NCBI GenBank assembly: GCA_946965045.2
Contig: OX337240.1
Span: forward strand, 3,162,650-3,226,649
Source of the DNA: Epithemia pelagica
Taxonomy: Eukaryota > Protista > Bacillariophyta
Length of the DNA: 64,000 nucleotides
Direction: 5' to 3'
Made by a program: the position numbers and the translations under genes. The first letter of the stretch is position 1. Every line of letters starts with the position of its first letter. Under the pieces are notes generated by a model. The model did no database searches. It was not told the DNA's origin and was given only the letters and a program-made list of their open reading frames with translations. Of the stretch, positions 22,790 through 34,526 are shown piece by piece.

Positions 22790-24276
22790 CCCTAAGGAGA
22801 AAGTGCTCGTCTGTAGGCCCTCGTAGACTCTGTACTGCATATTTTCCCACCTGGGAGCAGCCCCTGTCTCATATTTTCCCACCTGGGAACAGCCCAGCCT
22901 CATATTTTCCCACCTGGGAACAGCCCTCGTCCTCATATTTTCCCACCTGGGAACAGCCCCTTTCTCACTGTAGAGCAGCCCACCTTCCCCATATTTTCCT
23001 ATTTGGGGTCGTATTCCCCCTCTGTTGTACAGCCCTCATCCCCAATATACTCCCAAGCCCATACATATTAAAGCTAGGATTTCCTAGATATAAGCTAGAT
23101 CTATACACATGACTATCGATAGTATTAATTTTCTTCACTTGAAGATCTCATTTTTTGGTCATTGGGCCCAACACCAGTCATTCTGTTCAAGATTTCTGGT
23201 GAATGACCCTCCTTTGGGCCTGTTGTCTTTGGGTATGTTTTCGCACAAGAATCATACATGGATGACTCGTCACATTCTGCTGGGTGACTTCATAGTTCCT
23301 CCTGCCGTGGTACATGCATGTTTGATTGTTGCCAACACACACCTCTATCAGCAATCAACCAGTATTGTGAATCTATGGTGAGTGCTTGATACCGAAAGCA
23401 TCTATGATTCATCATTCTCGATTCCTATTTCTAACATCAGCTACTTTCTACTATTCACATTGGCACACAGGAAGGAGTTGAACGAGGGAATGTCACATGT
23501 CAGCTCCAGTCAAGTCTCTTCCAGGCTTGCTGCAGGTCTCGTTCTCTTGTGGACATGAAAAATAAGTCGCTTCAAGCGCCTTTGAAGTGGGCAGTCTCTG
23601 GGCCCATGAGGAACATAGCCTGGTCTGTTGAAGGGCTCGAAACAGGCAAAACAGGCTTTGTTCTTGAGCACCCGAGAAACACTCACCGGACATTTACTTC
23701 TTCGGTGGTTTGTTGATCCACAGTTGAAACAGGATCCATAGTCAAGGCACTTCTCCCCATTGCATGTTGCATCCATGCAAACAACACATTGAACAATCAA
23801 ACGTTGGATGCACTCTTCTGCCATGGACGATTCAATGTCTTGCCGTCTGACTCTTTCAACTACTTGTGTCTGTCCACTCTCTTGGGCCTTTTTCCTGCAG
23901 AAATCGCAAACCCCACAATGTGTTACACGAATGCCAAACTTCTGTGAAATATTTGCAACACGACAACCATGCTCTTGCAACCAATTTTTTATGGAAGCTG
24001 ATCCAAATATGGCTTCGAAGCTTTTCCTTGGCCGCTCTCCAACAATCAACCGTTTTGCCTGAGGCGTCTTCAGGGTCATGTCCTCGTCCATGTCCCCTCT
24101 CTGAAAACCTGTTGGGTACAATAAGGTGAAACTTCCATTATTCTTTCGCTGGCTTGGTCGTAGTCGGCCAATCGCTTGTACATCGTTCATCAGTCTATAA
24201 ATCAATCCACATACGATAACATGCCGACACAGGTCATTTTCAATTCCGCAGAGACCACATGTTGTTGATATCAACA
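22790..24276 (-). mobile_element. Inverted 3' portion and right end of a YR-RecQ element
   Basis: On the minus strand: helicase C-terminus, 3' UTR, subterminal motif and repeats, ending ...CTTTCTCCTTAGGG at 22790. Confidence 0.7.
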
Positions 24277-24277
24277 C
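23510..24277 (-). pseudogene. RecQ-like helicase C-terminal fragment with Zn-binding region and CCHC knuckle
   Basis: VLISTT, QAIGRLRPSQR, CGVCDFC (RecQ Zn-binding), CFNCGSTNHRRSKC, CFACF, CPLQRRLKRL. The frame stays homologous past the TGA at 23510 (LELTCDIPSFNSFLC). Confidence 0.75.
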
Positions 24278-24377
24278 CCTAAGGAGAAAGTGCCTGTCCG
24301 TAGGCCTATGTAGACTCTAGCGTCCCACTGCAGAACAGCCCCCATCCCACTTGTCCCACTGCAGAATCGCCCTCTAT

Positions 24378-25448
24378 CCCTAAGGATATTTCACTTTTTT
24401 GGGAGCTTTTAGTACTAGAGACCGTAGAATTTGAACGTGTGCATATGAGCACAAAATCCTATAGTGCCTGTTGCATATGAGCAAGGATTTGTTGCGGATG
24501 AGCTGCAATTTGTTATGCTTTTGTTGCGATTGAGCAGTGGCCTTGTCTATGCTCCTTTGACCACTCCCCAAAAGCAGTCATATTCAATATGCTCTATACT
24601 GGCCAGATACTTTTCAGAGCTCTGCCAGCTAGGTTTTTGTCTTGCCCTACTCTACATAGAAGAATCAACGTAAGATTGAATTTCCTTTGGTTTGCTGTAC
24701 ACAATTTCCTTGTTACAACAAACCAGCTAATATGTGTGTACAAGTGACATATATTTGTACACAAATGACCAACTAACTTTTTTGTACAATCTTTTTTCCT
24801 GCCAAATGACGCTGGCATTTCATAGAAAAATCTCATTTCACCCATCACTAGTTCTCATCAAAATCCCATTTTGACCATTCCTAGTTTATGCCTCTAGGTC
24901 TTTGTACCTACCCATCATTCGTCCAGTAAATTGGGCCCAATGCAATTCTGCAAAGGGTCATCACTCCCTTTCTTTGATGAACGATGAAAGATGTCTCTTG
25001 AACACTCTCAGCAAAACCTCTATCAACCATGGCTTCCCCCTCTAATAATGGGCCAGGGACTCCTTCTCCATCAAGGAGGAGACCAACGAAGAAAAAAAAG
25101 GAAGAGGACAAACTACAGGCTGTCGATGTCACGCTAGTGACCCCCTTTGGTATGGGATGTCGCCTATGTGGGAAACCGTTTGGAACCAGTCTATGGTCCA
25201 TGCAAAGGCACCTTAATGGCCATGGTGTGTCTGTCTCACATTCTGAAAGCCAGACACTGATAAAACATCAAATGACCCTCCTTCAAGGTGTTATGCAAGA
25301 CATTTCAAGTGTTTCTCAATCTATGACGGGGGAAAAGGTCAAGTGCTATTCATGTCATTGTCTTGTTGGGAGCTTGAAACTTCAAAATGTGTACAGACAT
25401 TTGTCCTCGGGTCGTACCTGCAGTGCTCCCTCCCCTACAGAAGAGGAA
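24378..25448 (+). mobile_element. Variant left end + zinc-finger ORF fragment (25029-25448)
   Basis: CCCTAAGGATATTTCAC...; MASPSNNGPGTPSP...CRLCGKPF...MQRHLNGH, a paralog of the type 1 protein. Confidence 0.7.
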
Positions 25449-26174
25449 CTAAGGATATTTGCCTTTTTTGGGTGTCTTTAGTACTAGACACCGTAGGATT
25501 TGAACGTGTGCATATGAGCACAAGGGGCTATAGTATCTGTGCATATGAGCACTGATATGTATGCCTTTTGTTGCAAAAGAGCACTGCCCCTTGTGCAGAT
25601 GAGCACAGAATGTCTATGCCCCGCTCAAGTCTAATTTCTAAGCACTCATATTCAATATGAGTCCTTAATTTCATTCATTACTAACCATTACCGCACTCTT
25701 AGTTGTTCCCCCATTCTTTGGCGCGAAAAGCTCGCCTGCGTGCCCCTTCACGCCCAACATCTTCACCTGAAAACCTCAATTGGCCCAACAAAAGGTCATT
25801 GATGTTTCATGAATTATGACTCTTGCAAAGAGGCCCATCCTTGCTTTTGCTTGAGAGTCGGCTGGTTATGTCTCTTCCTCTGTTCCATGCACACGAGGAA
25901 ACCAGCAATGGCTACCAACAATGGGCCTGGAACGCCATCTCCATCCCGGAGACGGCCTGTGAAGAAGATCCGTTCTGATCAGGGCATTGGCTTGTCATGT
26001 TTAGATGCTACAATTGTGACACCCTTTGGTATGGGATGCGGCATATGCAAGAAATCATTTCTGTCTTTGGTCCATGCAGCGGTATCTAAATCAACATGGA
26101 GTCTGTGTCTCAGCAACTGACAATCGACTCCTTGTAGCAAGAAAACAGTCCCTTAAGTAAATTTTGCAAGAAGA
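25449..26174 (+). mobile_element. Type 1 left-end copy with degraded zinc-finger fragment
   Basis: Copy of 22025-22789 with the same 3' breakpoint and small deletions. Confidence 0.75.
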
Positions 26175-26860
26175 CCCTAAGGAGAAAGTGCCTGTCCGTA
26201 GGCCTACGTAGAATCTAGCGTCCCACTGCAGAACAGCCCCAATCCCACTTGTCCCACTGCAGAATCGCCCTCTGTCCCACTGCAGAAGTGCCCTGTCCCA
26301 CTGCAGAACAGCCTGCTGTCCCACTGCACAACAGCCCACTAGAACAGCCCTATTCTAGTCATACCTATGCCCATGCTTATTAGTTATTCCTAGCTCGACT
26401 AGTTTCATTTCCCGTCACTACAAGTGTGACTGGGTCAGATTCTTGTGTGAAATGACCCTTCTTTGGGCCTAATATTTTTTTGTGAGACGTGATTAGATTT
26501 TTTGTGAGATGACTCTTCTATGGGTCTTTTGATGATGGTCTTTAACCCGACACACAGTACCTACTAACTTAATACTATCTACTTGAATGCTTTCTTTGCA
26601 TATGGATTCCTTGGTAGAGCTGGTCGTGCCACAGACGGTCTGGCTGCTGTGGTTGCATGAGGTGTCTGTGTCACTGTCATGCCCATCCGTTGTTCAACAC
26701 TCTGACACAGAAAAGCATGAAACGAATGGCTGTCGCATGTTACTTCGGACATGAAATCAGTCATTGCTCTGGATTGTCCATTGGTCTTCCTTGACTCATA
26801 TACATCGATCATCAGCCGCTTCAATCTTCGTTGTAAAGGACATCAGCAGAACTCTCATTG
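26175..26860 (-). mobile_element. Second inverted right end with extreme helicase C-terminus (26579-26860)
   Basis: The minus strand encodes CPLQRRLKRLMIDVY...EVTCDSHSFHAFLC, matching the 23510 fragment, then ends ...CTTTCTCCTTAGGG at 26175. Confidence 0.7.
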
Positions 26861-26886
26861 AGAATTCAGAAGGGTAATAGGTAGTT

Positions 26887-29800
26887 GGGTAAAAGGCTCG
26901 CTGAGCCGACAATCAAATCACCAACCGATACAACAATCCTCCACGGGTCAGAGAAGAGTTGCAAGTCGAAGTCCGCCGTGGGTGGGGGCAGTCGGTCCAC
27001 TGATAAGAGGTTAGTCTTAAGATGAGTTTTAAATGGTGATATTAATGATTGTGAGACGATTACTAACTAAGGTGGTTGATGGTGCCGAAGTCCTGGCTCT
27101 TGTATACGGCCATGGATCTGGTGTGATAGGTCCTCACTGGTTGGAGTAGACCGGCATTGGTGTATATTGAATGTATAGGGTGATGGATAACATGTATGGG
27201 ATGCAACAGCTCTTGCTTTGTCGTGTTTTAAGTCTTGTGCTGGGCGCGTTGCTGTTTGCATTCTTGGATTTGTGGGAACAGAGATATGGTCTCGCGTGAT
27301 CGTGATTCGTGCTTTGATAACATAGACCGTTAGGTCGAATCGTGGATGTGCGTACTCGGATAGTCAAGGCGCGCATTCGATGGTTTTGGGCGCGCACGTG
27401 TTGGGCCATAGTTAATATCCAGGCGGTCGCCGATAACACGTGCAATGCGAGCATGCCATGGCCAAATTTATAGTTTCGCGAGCATGCCGACATTCCTTCC
27501 TCACTTTTAGGAAAATGTCATCGGATGCCATAAAATACTAGCATCATTCGATGAGTTGTAGGTTTCGCCACCTAGTTTTCGGTGAGAATCCTAACACTCC
27601 CCACAATTTGTCGAATGAGGATTGTTATTTTCCTTGTCATGCTTCTGAACGTTTCCTCCCCAGAAGAATATGATCTTGAACATGGTCCATACTTTCGAGA
27701 ATTTCCAATGCTTGTTGAGAATGTCTCCTGGATGTTCTCATAGTCATCATTCTTGAGTTGGTAGGTCTTGTCGATGCCCTTTGAGCTATGCTCCCCAGGT
27801 GCCTTCTTCATCCAAACATTGGGATCTGCTTTAGTTGGTGACAAATCCATATCAATTGGGGTGTCAAAGAAACAGTCACGCCGACATGCTCCTGAAGATT
27901 TTAATCCCTTGGAGGCCTTGTGCGTAATCAAGATGTGACCTGATTCTCTCCAGATAAAGCTTCCAGGTCGTGCGCATTTCCAACTTTTGCTCCCCATATA
28001 TCCACATCATTGAGAATCCCAAGACAGGTGGTTGTATGGAAGTTGTGAATGGAAGTAGTACACAAAAAGATTACCTCACCCAGTTCTTTGGTAAAAGCCT
28101 CGTCTGTGATGAGAAGTGCTGGGCGACTATCATCATGGTTTACAAGATGGATTCGAATCTTGTTCTTCTGATACTCTTCTGGTGATGCATTTATCATTTC
28201 CCTTCTTTTGAACTGAGCTTGAACGCAATCCTTGATTTTTGTGAGGGATTGGATCTGTGAAACCTGAAAGAGCTCAACTTTGGTAGTGTCGTGCCACTTT
28301 CTTTTACCATGTTGCTTGTCTAACAAAACAACTAATTCTTCATTTGTCTTTGAAACTTGATAACCAAACTTGTACTTGATGGAACGACAGACTTGCTTGA
28401 TTCTTGACTGCTGTTTGGCAGCTTGAACAAGGCATTTACTGGTCTTGACAAAATGCTTGAGATGTTTCCATCCAAGTTCATTCAATAGATCATGTTTCTT
28501 GGCATAGGCATCATTTACCACGAGTGACGGAGGCTCATAGATCATCGCCCCAGTCTCCCAATCAACAAGTATATTACAGTGACTTCTTTTGTAGTCAGGA
28601 TTGTTGCTAATACTTGACGGTTCTTGATCTGCAACAACGTCTCTGAACTGGAAAACGTCATCTTCAGTTGCCTGTGCTTGGTTGTCCTGTTTGATGTATT
28701 CCATATGTTGACGGTATGAAATTATCTTGTCAATGTCGGAAATGGATTTGCAGAAAGTGTACTTGATATAGTCTTTTTGCTTGAGAGCATCTTGTTCTAA
28801 ATCAACGATGCATCTGATAAGACATGGTTGTGGTTGCTCCCCATTATATGGTTGTCGTTGCTCCCCATTTTCCTCTGGATCATAAACAAGGAAAGGTTGT
28901 CCAATAGTGTTATCACATTTGATCATAGGCATTTGCGTGGATGAATCTTCACCTTTGCTACAAATGAAAATGGGTTTATTTGAAAGCTACTCCTCTCCTG
29001 AAGAGGTATCCACACAAAGGTTGCTGGGTGGCGTGGGTGCATCATGAAGAATGGCAGAGTAACAAAGGGTTTGAGTGTCCAGAGACAAAGTATCACCAAT
29101 AGAAGGGGCAAAAACAAGCCAGTAGCCAAGTGTCGTGACAAAAGAGGGAGGGTAGGGACGGTAGGGACGGTGGGAGAGGGCATATGATTCGGTAAAGTAG
29201 GGGGCCTTGTCCCAGATAAGGAAGAAAAGTGGGTGGGTAATGCCGGGTGGGCGACCATTGAGGATCTCAAGAGGGATATGGCCCGAAACGGTCACGGCGT
29301 ATGTTGTCCTCTTAACGGTCTGGTAACGGTTCTCAGCCATGTTCTGATCTTGGAGGTATGGTTTGGAACAGTATTCTCCAAGCAGGGGTGTGAAGAAGGA
29401 AGGCGTATCAGGTCCATGATCGTAAGGTAAATCCAAGAGAAGGTTGAGGTTACAGACAACACGATTGGTATACTTCCCAAAAGCATCATGCGGATTGTTG
29501 CCATCATTTTCAACAGTCCTTGAAGAAGGTGCCGTATCTTGCATGGGATCAAGATACCAATGATTATAGCCAGTCAATTGATTGTCACCGGAGAAAGTAG
29601 ACATGCGAGAGAGCAGATGTCGAGATATCTCAACTTTCTGTTTACAGTTGTTGTTCTCGAGACAATCATTAGGGATGGATGTTGCCTTGATATTGGACAC
29701 CAAATTAGCAAGATCAGATGTTGGATGATTGACATCAATATTGGTCACAACTTGTGGAACCAACCGGGTAATCAGATCAAAGAAATTATCTTGATGGTCT

Positions 29801-31123
29801 TGGGAATCATCTTGAATCATGTCGTCAATCCATGCACGACCAGGGTCGGGATCAGGTTCCGGCTCAATGTCAAGAGTATGCGTCTGTTCCATGCATGCAG
29901 TTGTTGATGACAGATTCTGGGTAGACTTGTTGTACGCAATGATTACTTGACGACTATTGTCGTTGAGTTTACTCCACAGATCTCTTGGAAGACTGATCTT
30001 TGGACGAAGCGAAGATGATTTCTTGGTCTTCACGTTAGTTCTCTTAATCATGCGGTGTTTTTCTTTGGGTGATAGATCTTTGATATCAAAATCTTGATCA
30101 TATTGAAAGTCGCATTGCTTGGTATGCTTAAGTCGGTTAGACTTTGGTGCTCGAGTTGCTTGGTCATGATCATATGCGGCATCAAGGAGAAGACGGAAAT
30201 ATGATTGATAACAAAGTGTCTTTGCACCAGACAAGATGTTGACTTGTCGTAAATCAGGTACCTTTTCAACGGCTTTCATCAGGAAGGTCATCCTAGTGGA
30301 GTGGCCAGGAATGTGATCAAACATTGATCCCAGATTGTCGAGAAGATGGAATTGGTGTTGAAAGTGGAGAAGAAACTGATAGGTTGTGCCGTGCCATGAA
30401 TCATCGAGACAAAGATTGGAGATGTAGTTGTTAAGACGTAGCACCTCTCTTTTTGCTAAACAAAATGACGAAATGCAACCTTGGTTCAGACGGAGCTTGG
30501 TGAAGTCTGCATTGATTCTCCAATGATCATAATTGGCCTTGGTGAGGTTCAACCAGGTAGAGCGAGGTAAATCAGACTGCTGCAGGGTTGAGTTTGTTCT
30601 CGTGACCAATGTGCTAGGATCTTCAGTTGATGCCTTGTAAATGTCTTCAGATCCATCGTCTTGTTCCCATACTTGTATTGTCCAAGGTCCTTGATATTCT
30701 TTTCTGGATTGACTGCAAGATAGTCGATGACATTCAGAATGTGTTCGAAACCACTATGTTTTATCCATTGATGAAGGGCTTGAGCTCGTTCTTCATCACA
30801 TTCAAATAGATGCTGGGTGATATGATTGAACACTTGTGTATCTGATATGTCAGGCGGTACTGAGTCGTCAGAAGGAAGAGAAGGTGTCTTGGGGTATGTT
30901 GGATCCATGGTAGTATATGGTTGGTTCGTTGTTTATTTAATGTGTGGTGTGATCTGAACCCAGATGTACCACGTGTGTGCCACGTATATCAGTACCCGGA
31001 TGTGTGTTGTGCTGGGAACCCGGATGTGTGGAACTCGGTTTTGTCTCTGGTTTGTTGTGGAAACTACTTAAAGATACTTATCCTTGGTCACTTTCGGACT
31101 TGTTGCGGTGATCGAGTTGAACC
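26887..31123 (-). mobile_element. Degenerate Ty1/copia (CoDi-like) unit, copy 1
   Basis: gag-like ORFs 30549-30908 and 28987-30609 (LLLDAAYDHD, ISLPRDLWSKL); pol remnants 27572-28932 (ILVDWETG, KYKFGYQV, decayed DIxNAYL). PPT-like AAAAGTGAGGAAGGAA followed by TGTCGGCA at 27492 (minus). Near-identical to 54654-58931. Confidence 0.75.
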
Positions 31124-31479
31124 GCGTCTAAGGGCAGCGTCACGCGCCCCCAAAACGCACACCCCATACGCGCCGTCGGCATGCGCCATTTTTCGTACCC
31201 GGTTTTTTTATACGGATTTACACCATTTTGACTAATCCCCCCCACCATCACGCACATACAACATCATACACATTCACGGCGACCCTATCTTCCACGCACG
31301 CACACTCCCATCTTCCACGCACAGAGAACTTACCTTCTAAGCACACTGACCTTGCCCTCCACGTCCAAAACACTCTGAACACAAAGTACCAACCTCATCA
31401 GAACAAGGCATCTATACACCCTCTCCACAGGTGCAATAACACAAGGGCAAACCCCCAATCTCTCCTATCCCATTCTCCA

Positions 31480-31690
31480 ATGACACCAGCGGAAGCCACT
31501 CACCTTTTGCATCCCATGCTCCGAAAGCACCAGCGGAAGCCACACACCATTAGCATCCCATGCTCCGAAAGCACTGGTAGAAGCCACCCACCTTTTGCAT
31601 CTCAGGCACCGAAAGCACCGGCAGAAGCCACCCACCTTTTGCATCTCAGACTCCAAAAGCACCAGCAGAAGCCACACACTTATGGTAACT
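31480..31690. repeat. Short dispersed repeats GCACC(A/G)GC(G/A)GAAGCCAC... near the left end
   Basis: The motif and the companion CACCTTTTGCATC recur three to four times. Confidence 0.55.
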
Positions 31691-31764
31691 CATTTCACAA
31701 CACAATCGATACCATCCACAGAAGAATGTGAAAACATGCACAGAAGCTAATGAAGAGATACTAT

Positions 31765-34092
31765 TTAAAAAAACCAGAGTCTGTGCTTCCTCCGCTTTTT
31801 CTGCTGCGGTTGATCTTGATCAGCACTGTCCACATATCCCATCCTCTCCCGATGTTTCTTAAGAAGATTCTCCATGAACACATTTTGTCCCTGAAACAGT
31901 CCATCAACTGATACATATTCTCGATCATCCCTCACCTTCTGCTGCAATTCATCAAGACGATCAAGGCCAATATCACTCATACCACGTCCCTTTTTGTTTG
32001 CACAACCTGAATACTTGTATTGTTCTACTCCATCTGTATCAATGTCCTCATTAATTTGGTGCGCTTGACACCAAGCAGGATCTTCTTTGTACAACTTTTG
32101 TTTGAACTCTTGTCTGCTCCTCAGAGCCCATGCATCCCATGAATCTTCAAGAGCCAAGAGAATGAAAGCTTCATCACTCGTAGTAAACTTACTCATCGCT
32201 TCCTTCCATATTGCTTGCTTTTGTGCTTCTGGTGTATTAGCTGTAATATCTTGATTAATGATATCTCTCACCATTCCATCTCCATAAACCGACCCCCCAA
32301 ATACTTCAAACATGAAAACATAAGCATCATTGTCTCCATTCACTCCTCTCATTTGCATCATCTCTTCAAGACTTGGCATAGGACCTAGATTTTCATCGTC
32401 AACCAATAACTTAGGGAATTGTCGCCGAACAATTCCACCACCATGTGTTCTCCATAGATTTAACGAGAAATGTTCTGCCAGGCAGGAAGGCTCATGTTAG
32501 AGCAAAACTTTCCACAAGAATGAGAACAAGATAGCACCAAGACAGTACCAACTTACTCATGAACCTGAACCTTAGCGATTGTAGAACATTTGATCTCTTG
32601 CGTCTGAATTCTTTCCTCAAATGGGGGGAATACCTTTCCCACCACTTTGCCTTAGCCACATCACCAATAATCTTTTCTCGTTCGAAATACGCCTTGAAGT
32701 GATCCTTCCCCAAATGCCATAATCCATTATCATCTGCATCACAATCATCGGCAAGTGAGAAATACTTCACGTACCTCCAAGCAACATCAGGCACAAAAGT
32801 CTGGAACTCATCTGTACGACAAGCTAGGGGTAGATCCTTGTATTTGCTCCTGCTCTTTCTTTGCTGTTCTCTCTTTCTTTCCCTCTTGTATTCTCTCCTT
32901 CTTTCCCTCTCACCAGACGTTGCATTAGCCCCAGAACTCTGACCATCACTAGTACCATAGATAGATGATGCAACCATTGAGCTATCGCCTCCGACTTCCA
33001 TGGCTACAAGAGATGATGACGACCAAGAGAGATCAGAAAGTGAGGAAACATCATCCATCCAGAAGTCCACATCTTTTTCGATTGTACATTTCCAAACCCA
33101 CATCAACCCAGATTAGAGTTCCACTCTAACCAGTCAATACCGATAGGGCACAAACAAAACAAAGGAAGTACACATTACTTACAAACGCGACTGACTCCTC
33201 CGCCACCACCACCACCACCACCCATAACCTCTTCCATAATATTTTCAACATCTTGGTGCGACATTACAGTCACACCACCATTGTCATTAGCTGCGCACTC
33301 AATATTATTTGTATCCATATGGTGATGAGTTTGCTGTGGTTGGTGAACACCAGCGCCTCCTTGCATCAGAACGCCCCCATTGGGTGGGTATGGGACAGAC
33401 ATCATCTGCTGTTGTGGGTATCCTTGATGCACCATAATACCAGTTCCTTGTTGTGGATAAATCGTAGATGATGACGCCGCCGGGAAATGATGATGTTGTT
33501 GCCCCCCAAGAGGAGCTTGGGAATAATTGAACTGTGTATGGACCTGATGTTGTTGTTGCCCTTGAGGAAGAAATGACAACACCGATGGATTTGGTTGCTG
33601 GTGAGGATAAGGATGGGTATGATTCGGATATGGAGCAACTCCATTCGCATTATAAGGAACTCGCTGACCATGGTCGACTCTATTCATAACAGCAGTATTG
33701 TGTTCGGATTCCATAGGTGCTCCTGTATTAGTAACACCACGGGTTCCTGTACAGCTCATGGTACTACCTTGGTCCTGGGATTCGTTGGATGAAGCTCCCC
33801 GTCCTCCTCTTTCCTGATATATTACCTGACTCTTTTCAGATACGGATCCTGAATCCTCTTGGTTACGGTCATCATTGCTATTCTTCTTGTTGACATCTAT
33901 GATCGTTATTTCTTCGTCGTCTGTTTCATCATCGGTACTGCTTTCTCCAACATCTTTGCCACCAGATAAACCATGGAACGCTGAATTCTTACTGTTTTGG
34001 TTGTCCTTTTTATCTTGCTTTGGATCACCACAGCGTTGGCTTCCTTGTTTTCTATTCTTGGTCCCCTGGTTTATTTCAGAAGGGGGCGACAT
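31765..34092 (-). CDS. Probable multi-exon accessory gene of the giant transposon (ORFs 33175-34092, 32492-33106, 31765-32406)
   Basis: Three consecutive minus-strand ORFs with GTAAGT donors near the ends of the first two. The last has TTSDEAFILLALEDSW and GMSDIGLDRLDELQQKVRDDR. Exact splicing not resolved. Confidence 0.5.
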
Positions 34093-34526
34093 GACAAGAA
34101 GAGTATACCTGATATAAGAAGTGTTGACAATGCAATGAGTTTTGGGTGCAACAAGAGGAGAATGTTATGCCAATCCGTTTTCATTGAGGTCTTACCTTTC
34201 GACTATCAACTTTCAAAAGTCGAGCCGTTTGTTCCGAGTACACCCGGTTTTTTTTGAATTGAACCAAATCGACAGGCGACAATTATACATTCAAACGACC
34301 AATGCCACATGGGCATTTGTGTTCGTTCCGATCCCATGTACCGATAGACTCATAGTTTATGTAGAATAGTATGGGTGGATGGGCGGGGGGGTGGGGGTAA
34401 ACCATATCCATCCACAACCAATGAAAAAGCGAGCCGGGCGACCATAAAATCGAAACCATTCGTGTCAATCGTCACATTAGCAATGATTCTCATTCCACAA
34501 AGACTAAGGACCACAAAACCAATACC

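Larger units (their letters stand above)
16620..26860. mobile_element. Stacked array of truncated tyrosine recombinase-RecQ helicase elements
   Basis: Junctions beginning CCCTAAG(G) at 16620, 18156, 20326, 20856, 21287, 22790, 24277, 24378 and 26175, plus CCTTAAGG at 22025 and CTAAGG at 25449. Intervening segments are pieces homologous to the terminal gene at 59579-63461. Confidence 0.8.

Noticed and set aside
18156-26182. CRISPR-like repeat/spacer array
   Set aside because: Repeats are hundreds of bp with irregular, gene-derived intervening DNA, in a eukaryotic context with no cas genes.
26887-27492. Precisely bounded copia LTRs
   Set aside because: A PPT and TG start are visible, but no convincing CA end or primer-binding site was found, so LTR limits are not called.
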